Source: Octopus sinensis (Eukaryota). Taken from it: a DNA stretch of 64,000 nt. Position numbers and translations under genes: made by a program. Positions 24,312 through 38,667 of this stretch are shown here, in pieces. The notes beneath the pieces were generated by a model, which had not been told where the DNA came from, did not search any database, and saw nothing but the letters and a program-made list of their open reading frames with translations. The stretch lies in assembly GCF_006345805.1 (NCBI RefSeq), contig NC_042999.1, positions 83,700,001 to 83,764,000 on the forward strand, in the 5' to 3' direction. How positions within the stretch are numbered: the first letter of the stretch is position 1; each line of letters opens with the position of its first letter.

Positions 24312-26559
24312 ATGCTACAACGGACACAAACTCTTTCTTTTTCACACGCTACCTATGTTTCTTTCTATATTTCTATTGATAAAGGACTAATGCCTGAAAC
24401 GTGAAGACATTTTCCCTTTTCATTAAAGCGTTAAGCTGATATCTTACTTCTTAAACTTTGTCTCTGTTACGCTGTAATTTCTATTGTTCGTTTCATTTAG
24501 ACTGAATACATGTATACACATTTATACATACGCACGTACACATCAGTGAATATCTGTATACACGTATGCACGCACGCACACACAGACACAGACTCAGACA
24601 GACAGACACACACATTGTATTTCGGCTTAACACATGATCATTTTATTTCGTTCTCTCAAAATTTACCTAATGGCTAATTTCTATTTTCTCACATTATCTA
24701 GACTTTTACTTACCAATTGTAAAATATATTCTTTAATGTAAACATTTCTTTCGCCTCGTTTAAATCTTTTGATGTTGCACTCGAGCAACGAAAGACAAAT
24801 GAAAAAAAATAGTATTTCATTTTGCTAAAAAGAAAAATCATCGGGGAAATCTAGTGGCATTTTAATTTAAGATTAAACCCCGGTACAGTTGATATAGCAT
24901 AAAAACACTTAGCTCTTATCAGCCAGCGGATTTGATTATGCTTTTTGTCGATCCCTAGATACTCCCCAGTTTGAAATAAACTAAACAAGTGAAAAACAAT
25001 TTGCCATGGTTTTTTTTCTTATTCCACATTCGGCAAGTATATGCAAATTAGTGAAGAAAAATCATTTTTAAATTAACTCTATATTTAGTCTTAAAATATG
25101 AGTTCGGAGTTTCATATAGATATCAATGTAATTTGTCAGGTAGACTGATCCAAATGTGGCTATGTATAACTTCCAATGTCTATTATAAATGGTCTGCTCA
25201 TTGCACTCACCAGGAGTTTAATATGCGTACTTGAGAGTATTTCTGAAAAAAGTAGCTTTAGATGATTTGGCATATATAAAAGCCGAGTTAGACATCACCA
25301 ATATATGTTGGTAAGCGACTAGAAAATCAGAAGAAATAGCCGTCCCAGTGTAGGTGGTGAATGGATATTTTTATTTTCATGCCTGTATCGGTGTCTGTCT
25401 GTCTATGAAATGGTTTCTGAATGAAAGCTCAAATTTATATCAGACAAGTGTAAATGCTTTCAACTATACATGTGTCTATTATTCGTTAAATTGTATATAT
25501 TGTTTTGCATAAATCTAAACCGAAAAACAATAACATATCTAAACATATACAGACATTATATTTTGTATGTTGAATTATAAAAAGAATGGGCATTGAAGCG
25601 ATTTCAGATATAATTTTTCCTTTCCGTTTCACTTCAATTATGTCGCTGAAGCTCTTGGGGACGGTATGAAATCAACATTTTCCATTTACCTTTTATAAAA
25701 GCAATCTCAGATTTTGTGCCGGCATGTAAACAGTTACTTTTCATATAGAGTTAATTGATTTTCGATGGAAGTAAATTATCTTTTAACACACCTGGGAGAG
25801 GCATAAATGTCACGAATTCTCATATTCTATTAAGCAGAGAGTCTTAGACTTCATTCGTCTGTAAGTTAACTCTTTAAATTTGGGTATTTGCTTTAGTTTT
25901 TATATTAGTTACCTTTTATGTTAAGCTGCCAATATCTTGAGAAGTGTCACGGCTCATTTCTTTAAAATCTTTCAGACTTTATATCTATAGAAAAAACACG
26001 CACTGCTCTTAATGCTAGTTTTAATACGAGAGAGAATGCATTATATTTCCATTCCAACAATAACCAACAACGCAATAAGAAAATATTTGAATGGCACTGG
26101 TTCCCATTTGTCATGTAATAATGTCACATATGATACCTATCAAGGGGAAAAAAATATGTCTATTTACGATGGCTTCCATTCCTCGTGCTAGCCAGCTCAT
26201 TCCGCCTACGTCAGTATTCATCTTAATAGTAGTATGAGCGTCATCGGATTGGCTACCTTTATGAATATGCACATACGTAGTTACATCCAGACATGCAAAC
26301 ATACGTATGCACGTACGTACATATATACATACATACATACACTCTCATATATTAATGTTTGTTTTTATGCCAGGTTATATATAAAACAAATTAACATTAA
26401 ACTGAAGGGTTACTTGGACGTTTTATTAGAGTACATATTTATTACCTTGTACAAGGAAAAAAGTTGGCAGTGACTTCGAAGTTTCAGATAACTTTCCTTC
26501 ATAAGACTGTGCTTTGTTACAGTTCTTTTTCTTTTTATATAGTCTCTGATAAAATGACT

Positions 26560-27300
26560 TTTTGGGTAGGTGGACCCATGTGATTGATTGGCAGCTTCAG
26601 AAGATGTAGTGGATGTAGACCGGGCAAATAGTTGTGTAAAGAGGAGGATAGAAGAAAAAGAATGTTTCTAGGATGTAGGTTGATAGAAAGCTATGATTAG
26701 AAGACTTATTGTGGGTTGACGTAGGAATTTTGTTACTCTTATGGTTCTGCTAGGAGTAGAAGTAACTATGTAAACAAATGTGTCAAATGTGTCTGTCTAG
26801 AAAGTTGGCTTTTCTTGTGTCTCATGGTTCGCAGAATAATATTTGAAGCTAAATCAGTTAGTCACAGAGCATAGAGCTGAATGAAGTTGAATCGGTCTTA
26901 GTGTTATTAGACATCTATTAAGAAACTTTGAACAGATTATTGTGAGTAGGTTAGGATTGAGGAGACTGCTACTATAGTTATTAGTGTTTTCTAGTCTGTT
27001 TCTAGCGTAACTATTTGCGTTTATATTATTGTAGACAGATGCAGACACGTAACTGCTTGAAGTTGCGTATCCAAATACATGAATGAATAAAGATGTATTT
27101 CCCATAAGTATATCCATCCAAAAGGAGATATATGTATAAACATTATATAAATATAACAATTTATATGCGCATCCATATACATTTTGTTTTGAACGTACAC
27201 CTCTTTGTACTATCTTATACACACACATATATTTGGATGCACCAGTAAAAATAGACCCCACTGATGTATATATAGGGATACGAACTCTTATGAGATTATG
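26560..27300 (-). pseudogene. Possible decayed Penelope-like RT C-terminal region
   Basis: KANFLDRHI and HLPKKSFYQRL resemble PLE FLD..I and K.SLP.SQF.RL; weak. Confidence 0.25.
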
Positions 27301-27344
27301 TTTATATATAAGCACATACACCCAGCCATATCCCCGCAAATTTG

Positions 27345-27395
<51 letters not shown>

Positions 27396-28528
27396 TCTTT
27401 TACTCTTTTACTTGTCTCAGTCATTTGACTGTGGCCATGCTGGAGCACCGCCTTCATGCTGGAGCACAGTTGGTTAAATATATATACCCAAACATACATT
27501 CGTTTAAGCTTAGCAACCGTTTCCGTTTGTTTTCACTGTCCTGTTTTTGTCATCAATTTTGACCCTCCGCAAAATCCCAAATTATATTTAATTTGCTTTG
27601 CGGGAGCAACTATTTTATCGAAGGCGTACGTTGTCGTGAAATGCTCGAAATACGGATTAGAAAAACAACCGACAGCTGATGAAGGGTCGTTCTTCTTGTT
27701 GTTTGTTTTTTTTTCCATTTGTTTCTTCTATTGTTCGTAAAAAAAAGTTCATTTTCCATGTCCTCGTACTTGGTATTTTTTGTTGTTTACGTTTTGTATT
27801 GTCATGTGCCCACATATGTATATGTATGTACGCCTCTCTCTCTCTCTCTCTCTCTTTCTCTTTCTTTCTCTCTCTGAAGCAAATTACAGCAGTCAGCTAA
27901 TAATACATATTCGAGATGATGGAGCTATTCATTACTTCTGTAGATACATTTAAAATGAAATCTGCTCCGTCATTGAGAGAGGGAGAGAGAGAGAGAGAAA
28001 GAGAGAGAGAGGTGCATAAGCACTCTGCTCTTACAAATGTTTAGCTGAAGTAATTCAAAGTTATGTGCCTTACTCAAAAACATAACTCGCTGTCCAGTTC
28101 AGAAATCGAACCCATCATCTTGCTTTTGTGAGTCAATCAGTCTGACAACAAAGCTACGAACCTTTCGCAATGAAGGTCGCTAGACATAGTGATTAATAAT
28201 CTAGAAAGGATGTTGCAGAAGATGCATAGGAGGCTATCAACTCCGAGTGGTTATCTTCTTCAGATCTACTCCTAACCACAGGACCTTTAGGAAATGCAGC
28301 AAGAGTTAAAAGTTTCCTTGATGCTAAACCCACAGCAACAGCAGCATCTGTAGCAGACATACGTTAAATAACATCGTGAAAATCCAGATAACGTGAAAAA
28401 ACATTGAAACTATTCCTCGGGAATGTAACACCAAACAGACCTCGGCATGGTTTGAACATAGAACATAAAGCATCATATCTGAATGGCACAAAGTATTTCG
28501 TCCGCTACTCTAACGATCCTGCGCTGCA

Positions 28529-28565
<37 letters not shown>

Positions 28566-28577
28566 GCATCATCATGG

Positions 28578-28655
<78 letters not shown>

Positions 28656-31600
28656 GTTAGGGCATTGTTCAAAATGCCTTGCTATTTTTAAACACGGCTC
28701 TTTACATTCTGTGTTCAAAACCCTCCTGATAACCTTGCCTTTCATTCTTCCTAAGTCCATAAAATAAAGCATTAATCAAATATGCTGTTCGATATAATCG
28801 AATGTTTTTCTCTCACCACAATTGTGGCCTTATGCCTATGTTAGAAAATATTACTATCATTAAAACGATGGTGTAGTGTAGAATCAGTTGGATGTTGCCA
28901 TATTTAGTTACGTTTTGAGTTTCAATTCCACGACAATCGATTTTGCCTTCAGTATTTCAGGTTCGGGTACACATGCATAGTTACTAAACAAATAGTGGAG
29001 ATAAATTTATCGGCTGTATCCACTCCTCTTTATATAATACGCAGCCTTGTGCTTATACAAGGAATCATTATTCCTAGTAGTAATCGCATAATTTGGAGCT
29101 ATACTGAATTTAGAATGAAAAGACAAAATAAAAAATTCATAAATACGTTAAATATATGTAAATATATGAAAAATCAAAACAGCAATTTGAATTTATAGTC
29201 AGCTTAGTTTTAAATAAAATATACGTCTCTGAATAAATCTATAAATGACAACCAAGAGAATAACAAAAATGTGAAAAGAATGTATTTATTATTGGTAATT
29301 TCAAGCAAGTTTAACATAATATTGAATACGCCTACTGTTTTTGACATGCAGTGCTTACATTTTAATTATTTGTTTGTATATTTTTTAAATATAAAAAAAA
29401 AAGTTATATGGTATTGTTGATTCGCTCGCCGCAGTTCGTATACATTGATAATAACGCTCACGCACACACACGCACCGCACACACACACACACATACACAC
29501 ACACTCACACACATTGGAGTAGATGGATCTACGTCAGTTTAGATGATGTATATTCCATTTGCTACATCTGTTGAACTGCCTGATCATTGAATTATTGTGT
29601 AAAATATTGAGTATAACACAGACATTGCGCATTTAATCCGAAAGTAGAATCAGTGACATATTGTATGGGCCTCTGAATTTACAGAAACAGTGCATCTGAA
29701 GAACTTCTACAGTTTCCGTCAATCCGGTTTCACTCCCAAAGGTTTAATCGACTCTACGTGGCAAAACAAAAATGTCAAACAGTGCGATCGAACATGAATC
29801 CTCATGATTGCAAGGCGAACATGTTCAACCACCAGGCCATACCTGTAACAACGCACACAGACACACACACGTACAGCGTGTACTCAGAGACCTTTAATTG
29901 ACTGAAGCTTCAAAAGTGACTGAAAGGGCGAGAGTTTCGTTCAGTATACTTATCACACACACAAACACATGCACATACAAATGTATATAGGAATTTTGAT
30001 AGTTTCTACATTTATTAAGCCTTGATACGAAAGTGATAATCCATAATGTGCCATCAGTACTGAATCAATTGATAGTAGTGGTACAGTGGGATTATCACAG
30101 TAATGTGTTTCATTATCGCTCTTTCTTTTCGAGAATTATTTGGGATAAAATATAGTATCTCAGGCATTCCTAACACCGGGCTCTCTCTAAAAAGCAAATA
30201 TAAAAATCCTTGACTTCGAGATAGAATATTTGTGAGCAAAATGTGGTTTTGCTTCAGATAAAGAGCTAAAAGAGCTATAACAGTGAAAGCATAGGTCAAA
30301 TGAGGTTTGTCCATGGATGTTGGCAATGAGCGAGACATTCCCATCAAACTGGGAGGGGTGGGAAAGAGTTGTGTTTACATGCACTGAATGTGTAATCATC
30401 GTTGTAGATGCAAATGGATATGATCCACACTAGACCAGGGGGAATTATGAGGAATCCATAATAAACAGGACAAAACAGTGTAATCGCAATTCGGCAGATG
30501 GAGAAGCACGTCCATTGCTCAAATTTTAATTTACGTTTATCTAAGGGTCGATTTAAACATTTATCATCTTCTTTATTCGAGAGTTAGAGAGGGAAGAAAT
30601 GGGATGAGGTAACTAGAGGGTGACCATTTACATCTAGAAATAACTGAGCAGATTTCATTTCAAATCTACCTACAGAAGTAATGAATAGCTACATCACTTC
30701 GAATATGTATTATTAGCTGACTACTATACTTTGCTTCAGAGATAGTGAGATTACATAAAAATGTCTGAGTTTTTTCTTTTCTGCTTTTATGAACAAAACA
30801 ATTACTTTTTGTCAAAAGATCCATCTGCCACCAAAACACTGAATTGGATGACTCACATTTCAGTTGTTGATGCTAAACACTGTATAGCAAACTTATGTAT
30901 TATACAAGTATGCACAGAAACTGCAACATGTACATAAACAGATGCCGTCTCCACTTCTAAGACGTACGTTAGCAGGTTGGTGTCAGCGATGTCTCCTGGG
31001 AATTATGGCATTCTTTGCGTATGACAATGTATTGAAATGTCCTTTCCGAAGAACTTGAAAGTCGAGAATCATATCCGGAAGAATGTTTTCAGCATTCATG
31101 ACAATGGACTCACCAGTCACTTCTATGGGATTTTCACGTCGGAGATTACAGACAATACTAAAAAGTTCTCATCCTATGTTCTGCTAATCGTACCTACAGG
31201 CTTTGCTATTGAAAAAAGAAACTTTACAGACACAGTATTTTCGTCAGCAGTATCTATTAGACATGCATCATACCAGGGCGGCTGATTTCTTGAGTTCTGC
31301 TGAACTGTCTTATCGTGCTGAAAAATAATATTGGAAATCTTGCTCAATGCATTTCTTTAATAAGCATTGACAGTTTTCCTACCATCGAGCAATTACGAAC
31401 AGCTTCAAAGAACTGAAATGAACTAGCGCTTGAAATAAAAGATGTGGGGTGAGAATGAAGAAATATGCTTTCCAATTAGAAAATATTCAAACTGGCCGAT
31501 AGAGAAAATATGGTTTTAGTGCGATGACCGAAAATTCACTTCAAATTAGAGGTTCATTGCGGAGTCATCATGACCTAATGCTGTTTGAAGTAGATCAACT

Positions 31601-31734
31601 TTATAATTGTTACAGGTTATATTTATTGCATGTAATCGTTTAATCTTTTTATCTCTCTCAATCTCTGCATCTGTACCTTCATTCCATTATATACATATAC
31701 ATACATTCATAAATACAAACAGGGGGCAAATGTA

Positions 31735-32030
31735 TATACCATCATAGAGGTCAGCTGCCCTGCAGATACAAATATCTCTTTTTGAAAGTCAAAGAAAAAT
31801 AGGTTATCTATGGACAACTGCTTCGAAACCGCCAGCTTCTATATCCAGACTATGAATTCACATTCATGCCAATAGTAACTGGAGCACTAGGTTTTGTTAG
31901 TAATACTTAAAGGAGAATTTGGATAAACTGAGATTTTCAGAGAGAGAGAGATCGACCAGCTGATTCATACATTACAAGTGCAATCTGTGAGTGATGCAAT
32001 AAGAATATGCAAGACTATTTCTGAAATTCC
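31735..32030 (+). mobile_element. Restriction-like endonuclease C-terminus of an R2-superfamily non-LTR element, distinct from the Dong copies
   Basis: EVSCPADTNIS, YGQLLRNRQLLYPDYEFTFMPIVTGALGFV, LQVQSVSDAIRICKT. Confidence 0.55.
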
Positions 32031-32099
32031 AAATGTAAATTTCTCTGTGTTAACTACATCCCAAAGATGTAGGCTTGTATCTTTGTTGGAAATAAAAGA

Positions 32100-32143
<44 letters not shown>

Positions 32144-32611
32144 CAGCAAAACGAAGAAAATATCTTCATTTACACACCATAATTTTTAATGGCTTGAAAA
32201 CCAATATATTACATGCAGAACATCATTAATATTCATCTACAAAAGGGTAACAGGAAACGAAATATTATGCATTATAACGCTTCCAACAGACGAAATGTGT
32301 GTGCTAGTGTGTGCTATAACTGCGAGTTTCAACCATAGATTATACGTATCATAATATCTAAAAGAGAAATAGTGTGAAGGGGAGTTACATTTACACCAAA
32401 AATCTTTAATGCTTCCATAGCTAACATAAAGAGAAAAAAATCTTTGCAGTATACTTAAGAAATTTTAAGACTTAATATATGCCTCTTTACTGAATATGTT
32501 ATTCCTAAGCATTAGTTTGTCGCATAAGTTCCCCCTTGAAAACAGAAGAGAGAATACACACACAAATATACGGGTAAACAATTATATACACAATATATGT
32601 ATACATTAAAA

Positions 32612-32643
<32 letters not shown>

Positions 32644-32675
32644 TATCTCTCTCTCTCTCTATCTCTCTCTCTCTA

Positions 32676-32709
<34 letters not shown>

Positions 32710-34179
32710 TCTCTCTGTGGTTCTCACACATCAACACTTACACGATGCAAATACATCTGGAGTTCGAAGTATTATAATATTAACGATCATAATACCGTTT
32801 GGACCATGCTTCCCGCCATGTCAATTATTCAGATGTGATATTCCTTCTCAAAATAACACAATATCTCTTTACAACTTTTTGCAATTGTGAAGAAAAGATC
32901 CCAATTAATGAAATCTTGTAGGCGCTGTCATCAATATATATTGAGAAATTTCCTAGTAAGTAACACCTACTTAGAATACCTTATTTTCATGTATTAGATT
33001 TACCAATAAAAAAGGTCGAATATTAGTAGAGCCGTTTAAGCGTCGAATAGAAATCTTTCCGGTGTTTTTTTTTTCGACTATTACTACTCTGAGTTAAATT
33101 CTGCAGAGATCAACTCAGCTTTCCTTCGGATCGATAAAAAGAGTACGAATTCAAGAGGGCGGATTGGCGAAACTGTAAGGACACATGAGTGTACGAGAAT
33201 TTATTAATCATGACTATTGTGGTATTAGCTCCTTTTCTTTGTTCAAATCCAGCCATAGCTCACTTGGGTGATAGGCTTAACACTACTCGGTATCTCGGGT
33301 CATCAGTGTAGCCTACTTTGATGCAAGCATTCTGGACAGGTTTCCTCATTCCTTTCCACCAGTTTCAGAAGCTCCATAACGTGCCATGGGCACTCCCTTC
33401 CATCCTGACTAAAATATAGGCTAAAATATAATGGAAAATATTCCTTCCTTTCTTCATCAAGATTTAAAGTTTATTAAAAATAAACGTTTTTTTCCCTCAC
33501 GTGTGTTTCTTAGATAGAACATAGAAGACATAAAAATATCACAGTTTTTTCAGACCATTACATAAATATATCACCTGTCTTGCGTATGATGATGAAATAT
33601 ATTACTGTATGACACGTTTTTTGACGGCTTTCCTGAAACTAATTAAAACTCGGTAACTAACCATATTTCATACTGTTTACGAATTCGTTTCACTTACATA
33701 TTGCTACACTGCTTCCTTATGTCATATGCTCGAATTATTGTCAATGCAAACTCGGAATTCCGATTAAAAAAGCTTCGAAGTGCACCTTTTTCAGAGAACC
33801 CTCTTCAGAGCACCACCAGCCGCAGCTCCGATTGTAACTTAAACGGGAGCAAGCAAATTCACTTTGTCTAAGGTTCTGCCAACACCAGAGGCCTACAGGA
33901 CCTACAAGGTGGGTGGCATTTTCATGTATCACATAACCATTCCGAAACTTGTCACCTGCTATATGTTGAGGCTCAATCTACTCATCTTGTGGCGATTGAT
34001 AGAAATTGGAGCATAAAGAAGGGAGGAAAGCTAGGAACAACAGACAGGAAATAAGTAAGTGAGTAAACGAGTGAACTAAAAAAATAAGAATAAAAGAAAG
34101 AATATGTTTATTGGATATCAGGAAGAAGGAAAGTAGGGAAGAGAAAATAGAAGTACTGGTCAGAAATGAAATACCCCTT

Positions 34180-34420
34180 ACTGGTGTCGATGTAATCGAC
34201 TGACCACCTCCCCCAGAATTTCGGGCCTTGTGCCTAGAGTAGATAAGAATATTTAGAGAGTTACTCAAATTCCGCCGAGGCCGACTTTGTTTTTCATCCT
34301 TTCGGCGTCAATAAATTAAGTACCAGTTGCGTACTGGGGTGGATCTAATCGACTGACCCCGTCTCCCCCAAAATTTCGGGCCTTGTAACTAGAATAGAAA
34401 AAAATATTTAGAGAGTTACT
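34180..34420 (+). mobile_element. Two tandem family B SINE 3' parts
   Basis: Two ccccaaaatttcgggccttgt..tagagtag ends; 18-bp direct repeats at 34248-34265 and 34403-34420. Confidence 0.85.
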
Positions 34421-34738
34421 GAAGTATTCCTTAGAAGATGTAGAAGGATTAGGGCTTCAGCCAAATATGGTCACGTCTGAATTAGAGGAACCTAACATTT
34501 GCAGGCAGAACAAAATGTGACGGTAATCTTAGGGTGCTTTTATACTACGGAAGGGTAGCTATTAACCCATGTAATTGTGGGGTATCCGAATTATTATCTG
34601 TAATTGTTTTTGTGCCAGACTTTTCTCAGGAAAACTAAAGAATCACATTTTTATACCACATACCAGTACAGGATTTTACATACACACAGATGCGCGCGCA
34701 ACACACATACGTACACGCGCACACATATATATGTTATA

Positions 34739-34774
<36 letters not shown>

Positions 34775-34775
34775 A

Positions 34776-34807
<32 letters not shown>

Positions 34808-34851
34808 GCATACATACATACATACATATATGCATACACACACACACACAT

Positions 34852-34910
<59 letters not shown>

Positions 34911-35877
34911 CACACACATATTTACATATTTGTACAAGCCACATATTTTGTAACTGACTTTAGTATGACAGGCTTTGGAATGAGCTCTTGTGGCTAATAA
35001 TACAAGGACTACAACAAAGCAACAACAACAACAATTACTACTACTACTACTACAACTATTGTTATTATATTTTATATCTATACAACATGTGAAAGAAATG
35101 ACAGAAAAGATTTACAAAAGACGCAACATAAATCTAAATATACGAAAAAAGAAAAAAAAAACGAAAAAGAATATTCGAATTTACAGTGAGCTTAGTTGTA
35201 AATAAAATATATATACATCTGGATGAATCTATACGAGACAACGAAAGAGAATTAACAACACAAAAACAACAAAATGATGAACATAATACATTTTTTATTG
35301 GTTATTTAAAAAAAAAAGCTACTGCAACACCGAACATAGCAACTGTCTGTTTTTGACATCCAGTTATTATATTTACATTATTTTTATTATCTCTCTCACT
35401 TTTCTCTTTCCACTCTCAGTTTTTCCCTGCATTTCCCAGCCTATCTATTCATACGTACATTTTTATAAATTCGCACACATGCAGGCATATAGATTAATAT
35501 TTCGTATAGATATCCAGAATTCAGATATGCACACGCACTCACTTGCTGTTATGTGTACACACACAAACACGTATATAAATTTATGTGCATATATTGAAAT
35601 ACATACATATGAGTGTTACTGGAATGTATACGCATATACATATATATGTGTGTGTATATATATGAAGATATATAAATATATATACATGTATATATATATA
35701 TGTATATATACATGCATACACAAGCACATTTGATGTATAATTTTATATATGTGTGAGCATGTATGTATATATGTACGTATGTATACAAATAAAAAGAGAA
35801 AGTGTGAAAAAAGATGCAACTTTACATATTTAAATGCATATATATATTATATATATATTATATATGTACATATATAG

Positions 35878-35943
<66 letters not shown>

Positions 35944-35945
35944 AT

Positions 35946-35979
<34 letters not shown>

Positions 35980-36077
35980 GAGAGAGAGAGATAATTCACA
36001 AAAAAAACAGAAGAGGAAGACCGGTAGTGTAGACAACAAACAGATGTATTAGTATAACGCTCGGGAAGTGAAAAATT

Positions 36078-36113
36078 CTTTAACGTTTCGAGCCTACGCT
36101 CTTCCACAGAAAG
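36078..36113 (-). ncRNA. Minimal hammerhead-like motif with a core variant (CUGUGGA)
   Basis: Minus strand cttt-CTGTGGA-A-GAGC(gtag)GCTC-GAAACGTT-aaag. Confidence 0.45.
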
Positions 36114-36299
36114 CAACACAAAGAAACAAGGAGAGAAAATAAAGATTGAGTAGTGGCTAGCGATCTATCGTGGCGAATGTATAGCCAAACATATACCTAT
36201 GTATGTATGTATGTTCATTTGGACACACACAAGTTAAAGTCCTCAACACCTATACTCGAATTTATTGTTGCACAGTCAATAGTGTTGCAGAACGTAAAA

Positions 36300-37332
36300 A
36301 TTTAAGTTGTAGTTGAGAAGAAGCTTGCTGTCATGGAGGACTGGAAGCCAAGGGAATATTGGAAAGGAATTGCCTGTATCCTGCTGATTAATGCCGTATA
36401 TCAAAATACTAATATCATAACAGTTCTACTGCTCAATGCTGTGTGATTCCTGAAGAGGCTGTAAAACATGACATGGAAAGCTGCAACTTTGAAGCCGTGA
36501 CCAGCAGGAAGGGACACAGCAGGTGTTCTGACTGCGTCCGGCACGCCGAGTTTCATCAACTTGCTCTGCAGTTGTTGGATAATCCAAACATGGGAAGCCG
36601 GGCTTTGGCGTGAAAGATCGGTGTCGGAGTTACCACCAGGAAGATGGATCTTCATGCTGTTCATCACTAATCAGTCGGACAAGAAGCTCAAGCAGGAAAT
36701 TCTGACACCTAAGGCTAAGAAAGGGCCGCTTGACAAAGACAGAAATGTTCCTGAACGAGCTTGGCGTACTGTTGTGCGGAGGATGAGCTGGTTCTTTCTG
36801 GGATGAAAAGGACTTCTTCCAGGTCTAGTTGCACAATACCCAGAACAACACAGCTGGCTTGTCTGCAATCCTTATGACACCCACGTATCATGAAAAAGCA
36901 AATTCTCTCAAACTATGATGGCTTTGTATGCGTTTCCGGTAAGAATGATGTCATGCCGTACCTCATCTTTGAACAGGGCTTTAGGCTCAATACATATGAC
37001 TGTCTGAAGCTGCTGGAGTGTGTTGCTGCTCGAGGGAGAATTTCTGTTGACCTGCTCCAATTTCTACCTTCCTAATTTTCTTGATTCTTATCCCATAGAT
37101 TACTAAGTGTGGAGTGCGGTTGAGTCAGACAACCACTATACCAGCAACACCAAGGTCGATCAAATGGCCAAGATCAAGGAGTGGTTCGAAGATCTCCCCA
37201 AGGATACAAAAAAAGCAAGAGCCAGACTTCGGAGCCGTTTTCAGGTTGTAGTTACCACCACCACTAATCATAATTTAGTTGATATGTTTTCTTATTTTTT
37301 AAAATATTTTCATTTTTAGATGGGATACTGTA
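36300..37332 (+). mobile_element. maT/Bmmar1-like (DD37D-type) transposase relic
   Basis: FFxDEKDFFQV.LHNTQN..WLVCNP.DT..IMK, VSGKNDVMPYLIFEQGFRLN, VWSAVESD..YTSNTK..MAKIKEWFEDLP...RLRSRFQVVV; internally deleted. Confidence 0.75.
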
Positions 37333-37396
37333 TTTTCTTTCCCTTTATGTAAGCTATCAAATTTAGCCAGAAAACCCTGTATTTATGTATATATAA

Positions 37397-37434
<38 letters not shown>

Positions 37435-37453
37435 GTGTGTTTGCGTGTGTGTT

Positions 37454-37493
<40 letters not shown>

Positions 37494-38491
37494 CAGAGCT
37501 GAAATACAGAAGCACCAAGAAGTGTATGGATACATATTTATTAACCATTTATTAATGAATACATATTTATTAACGATCAGCGATGAAACGTAGCTTAGAA
37601 TGCACGGGGTTAGAAATCCCTTACACTATAAATTGGTGGGAAGCTGCTTGCGGGGCACAAACCGAACTTCTTTTGAAGCCGTGACAGGCAACCTACGAAT
37701 GTCACTAGGCGAATCTCCCATCTTCCTTCAAATTAATCGCTTTGGTCTTACCAGCGAACGAGCTTGTTACATTTAGTATGGCAGTGTAGAAGTGTTGAGA
37801 ATATAAATCTTCAGTAACGATATATCTGAAATCTAAGAGATTGTTCACCCGATGGATTCTGATCTATTACTTACAGCTGAATTCACTTAGGGATATATCA
37901 TTAGAAATTATACGCACATATGTATACATAATTTTGCTTTACCGTGCAAGGGTCAGATTGCCTATAAAAGATACACGCTTGTATTTCATTTCTTTTTATC
38001 ATTATTATTCAACTATCTAAATAATTAACAAATCACTTGTTTGATAAATTGTTTGATCGACCAAGCAGTTGATTTGTCAGACTTATTTCGTCACACTTGA
38101 TGACGGACTTTCACGTGCCTGTCTGTACAAATTACAGAAGATTGGATGAGAGTACATCATCAATAAGGTCGCAGATAATGACAAACCATCTCACTGACTG
38201 ATCAAATGATGAAACAAAGAATTGATTAGTTAATTAGTTAAGTATTTAACAAGCTGACAGCTGATAAAAAAGGAAAATTACTACAAGCGCATGAGTTTTA
38301 TTGGCAAAAATAACCTTCCAAAAGTATGACCAAGTCTACACGCGATGATGCTTCAAGAATTTTGCGAAAAAGATACAAGAATTATCTATCTATCTATCGT
38401 ACCCTCTCTCTTTCTCTCGCTCTGAATCTATCTGCCTATCTGTCTGTCTGTCTGTCTGTTTGTCTAACTATGTATCTTATATATGTATACA

Positions 38492-38536
<45 letters not shown>

Positions 38537-38623
38537 GGTTAGAAATCCTTTACACGATAAATAGGTGGGAAGCGATTCTCAATCTTGAGGGGATGGGCCC
38601 CTTATATACTAACATATATATAT

Positions 38624-38667
<44 letters not shown>

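Noticed and set aside
27640-27700. Permuted hammerhead in the repeat family at 27560-27800 and 51040-51300 (GAAA upstream of CTGANGA)
   Set aside because: No NUH site followed by a pairing stem I could be drawn in either copy
28264-28367. Terminal exon DLLLTTGPLGNAARVKSFLDAKPTATAASVADIR*
   Set aside because: The antisense frame is equally open and no family is recognised; insufficient support
30310-30390. P-loop-like KLGGVGKSC peptide
   Set aside because: Closed by a stop four codons later, lacks the preceding hydrophobic strand and splice sites; likely chance
30940-31320. Minus-strand multi-exon model (31194-31317 and downstream pieces)
   Set aside because: Requires implausibly short 36-58-nt introns or runs into stops; no recognisable protein
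33640-33960. GPCR-like or PDZ-tail reading of short open frames on either strand
   Set aside because: Short, bounded by stops, and without convincing splice sites
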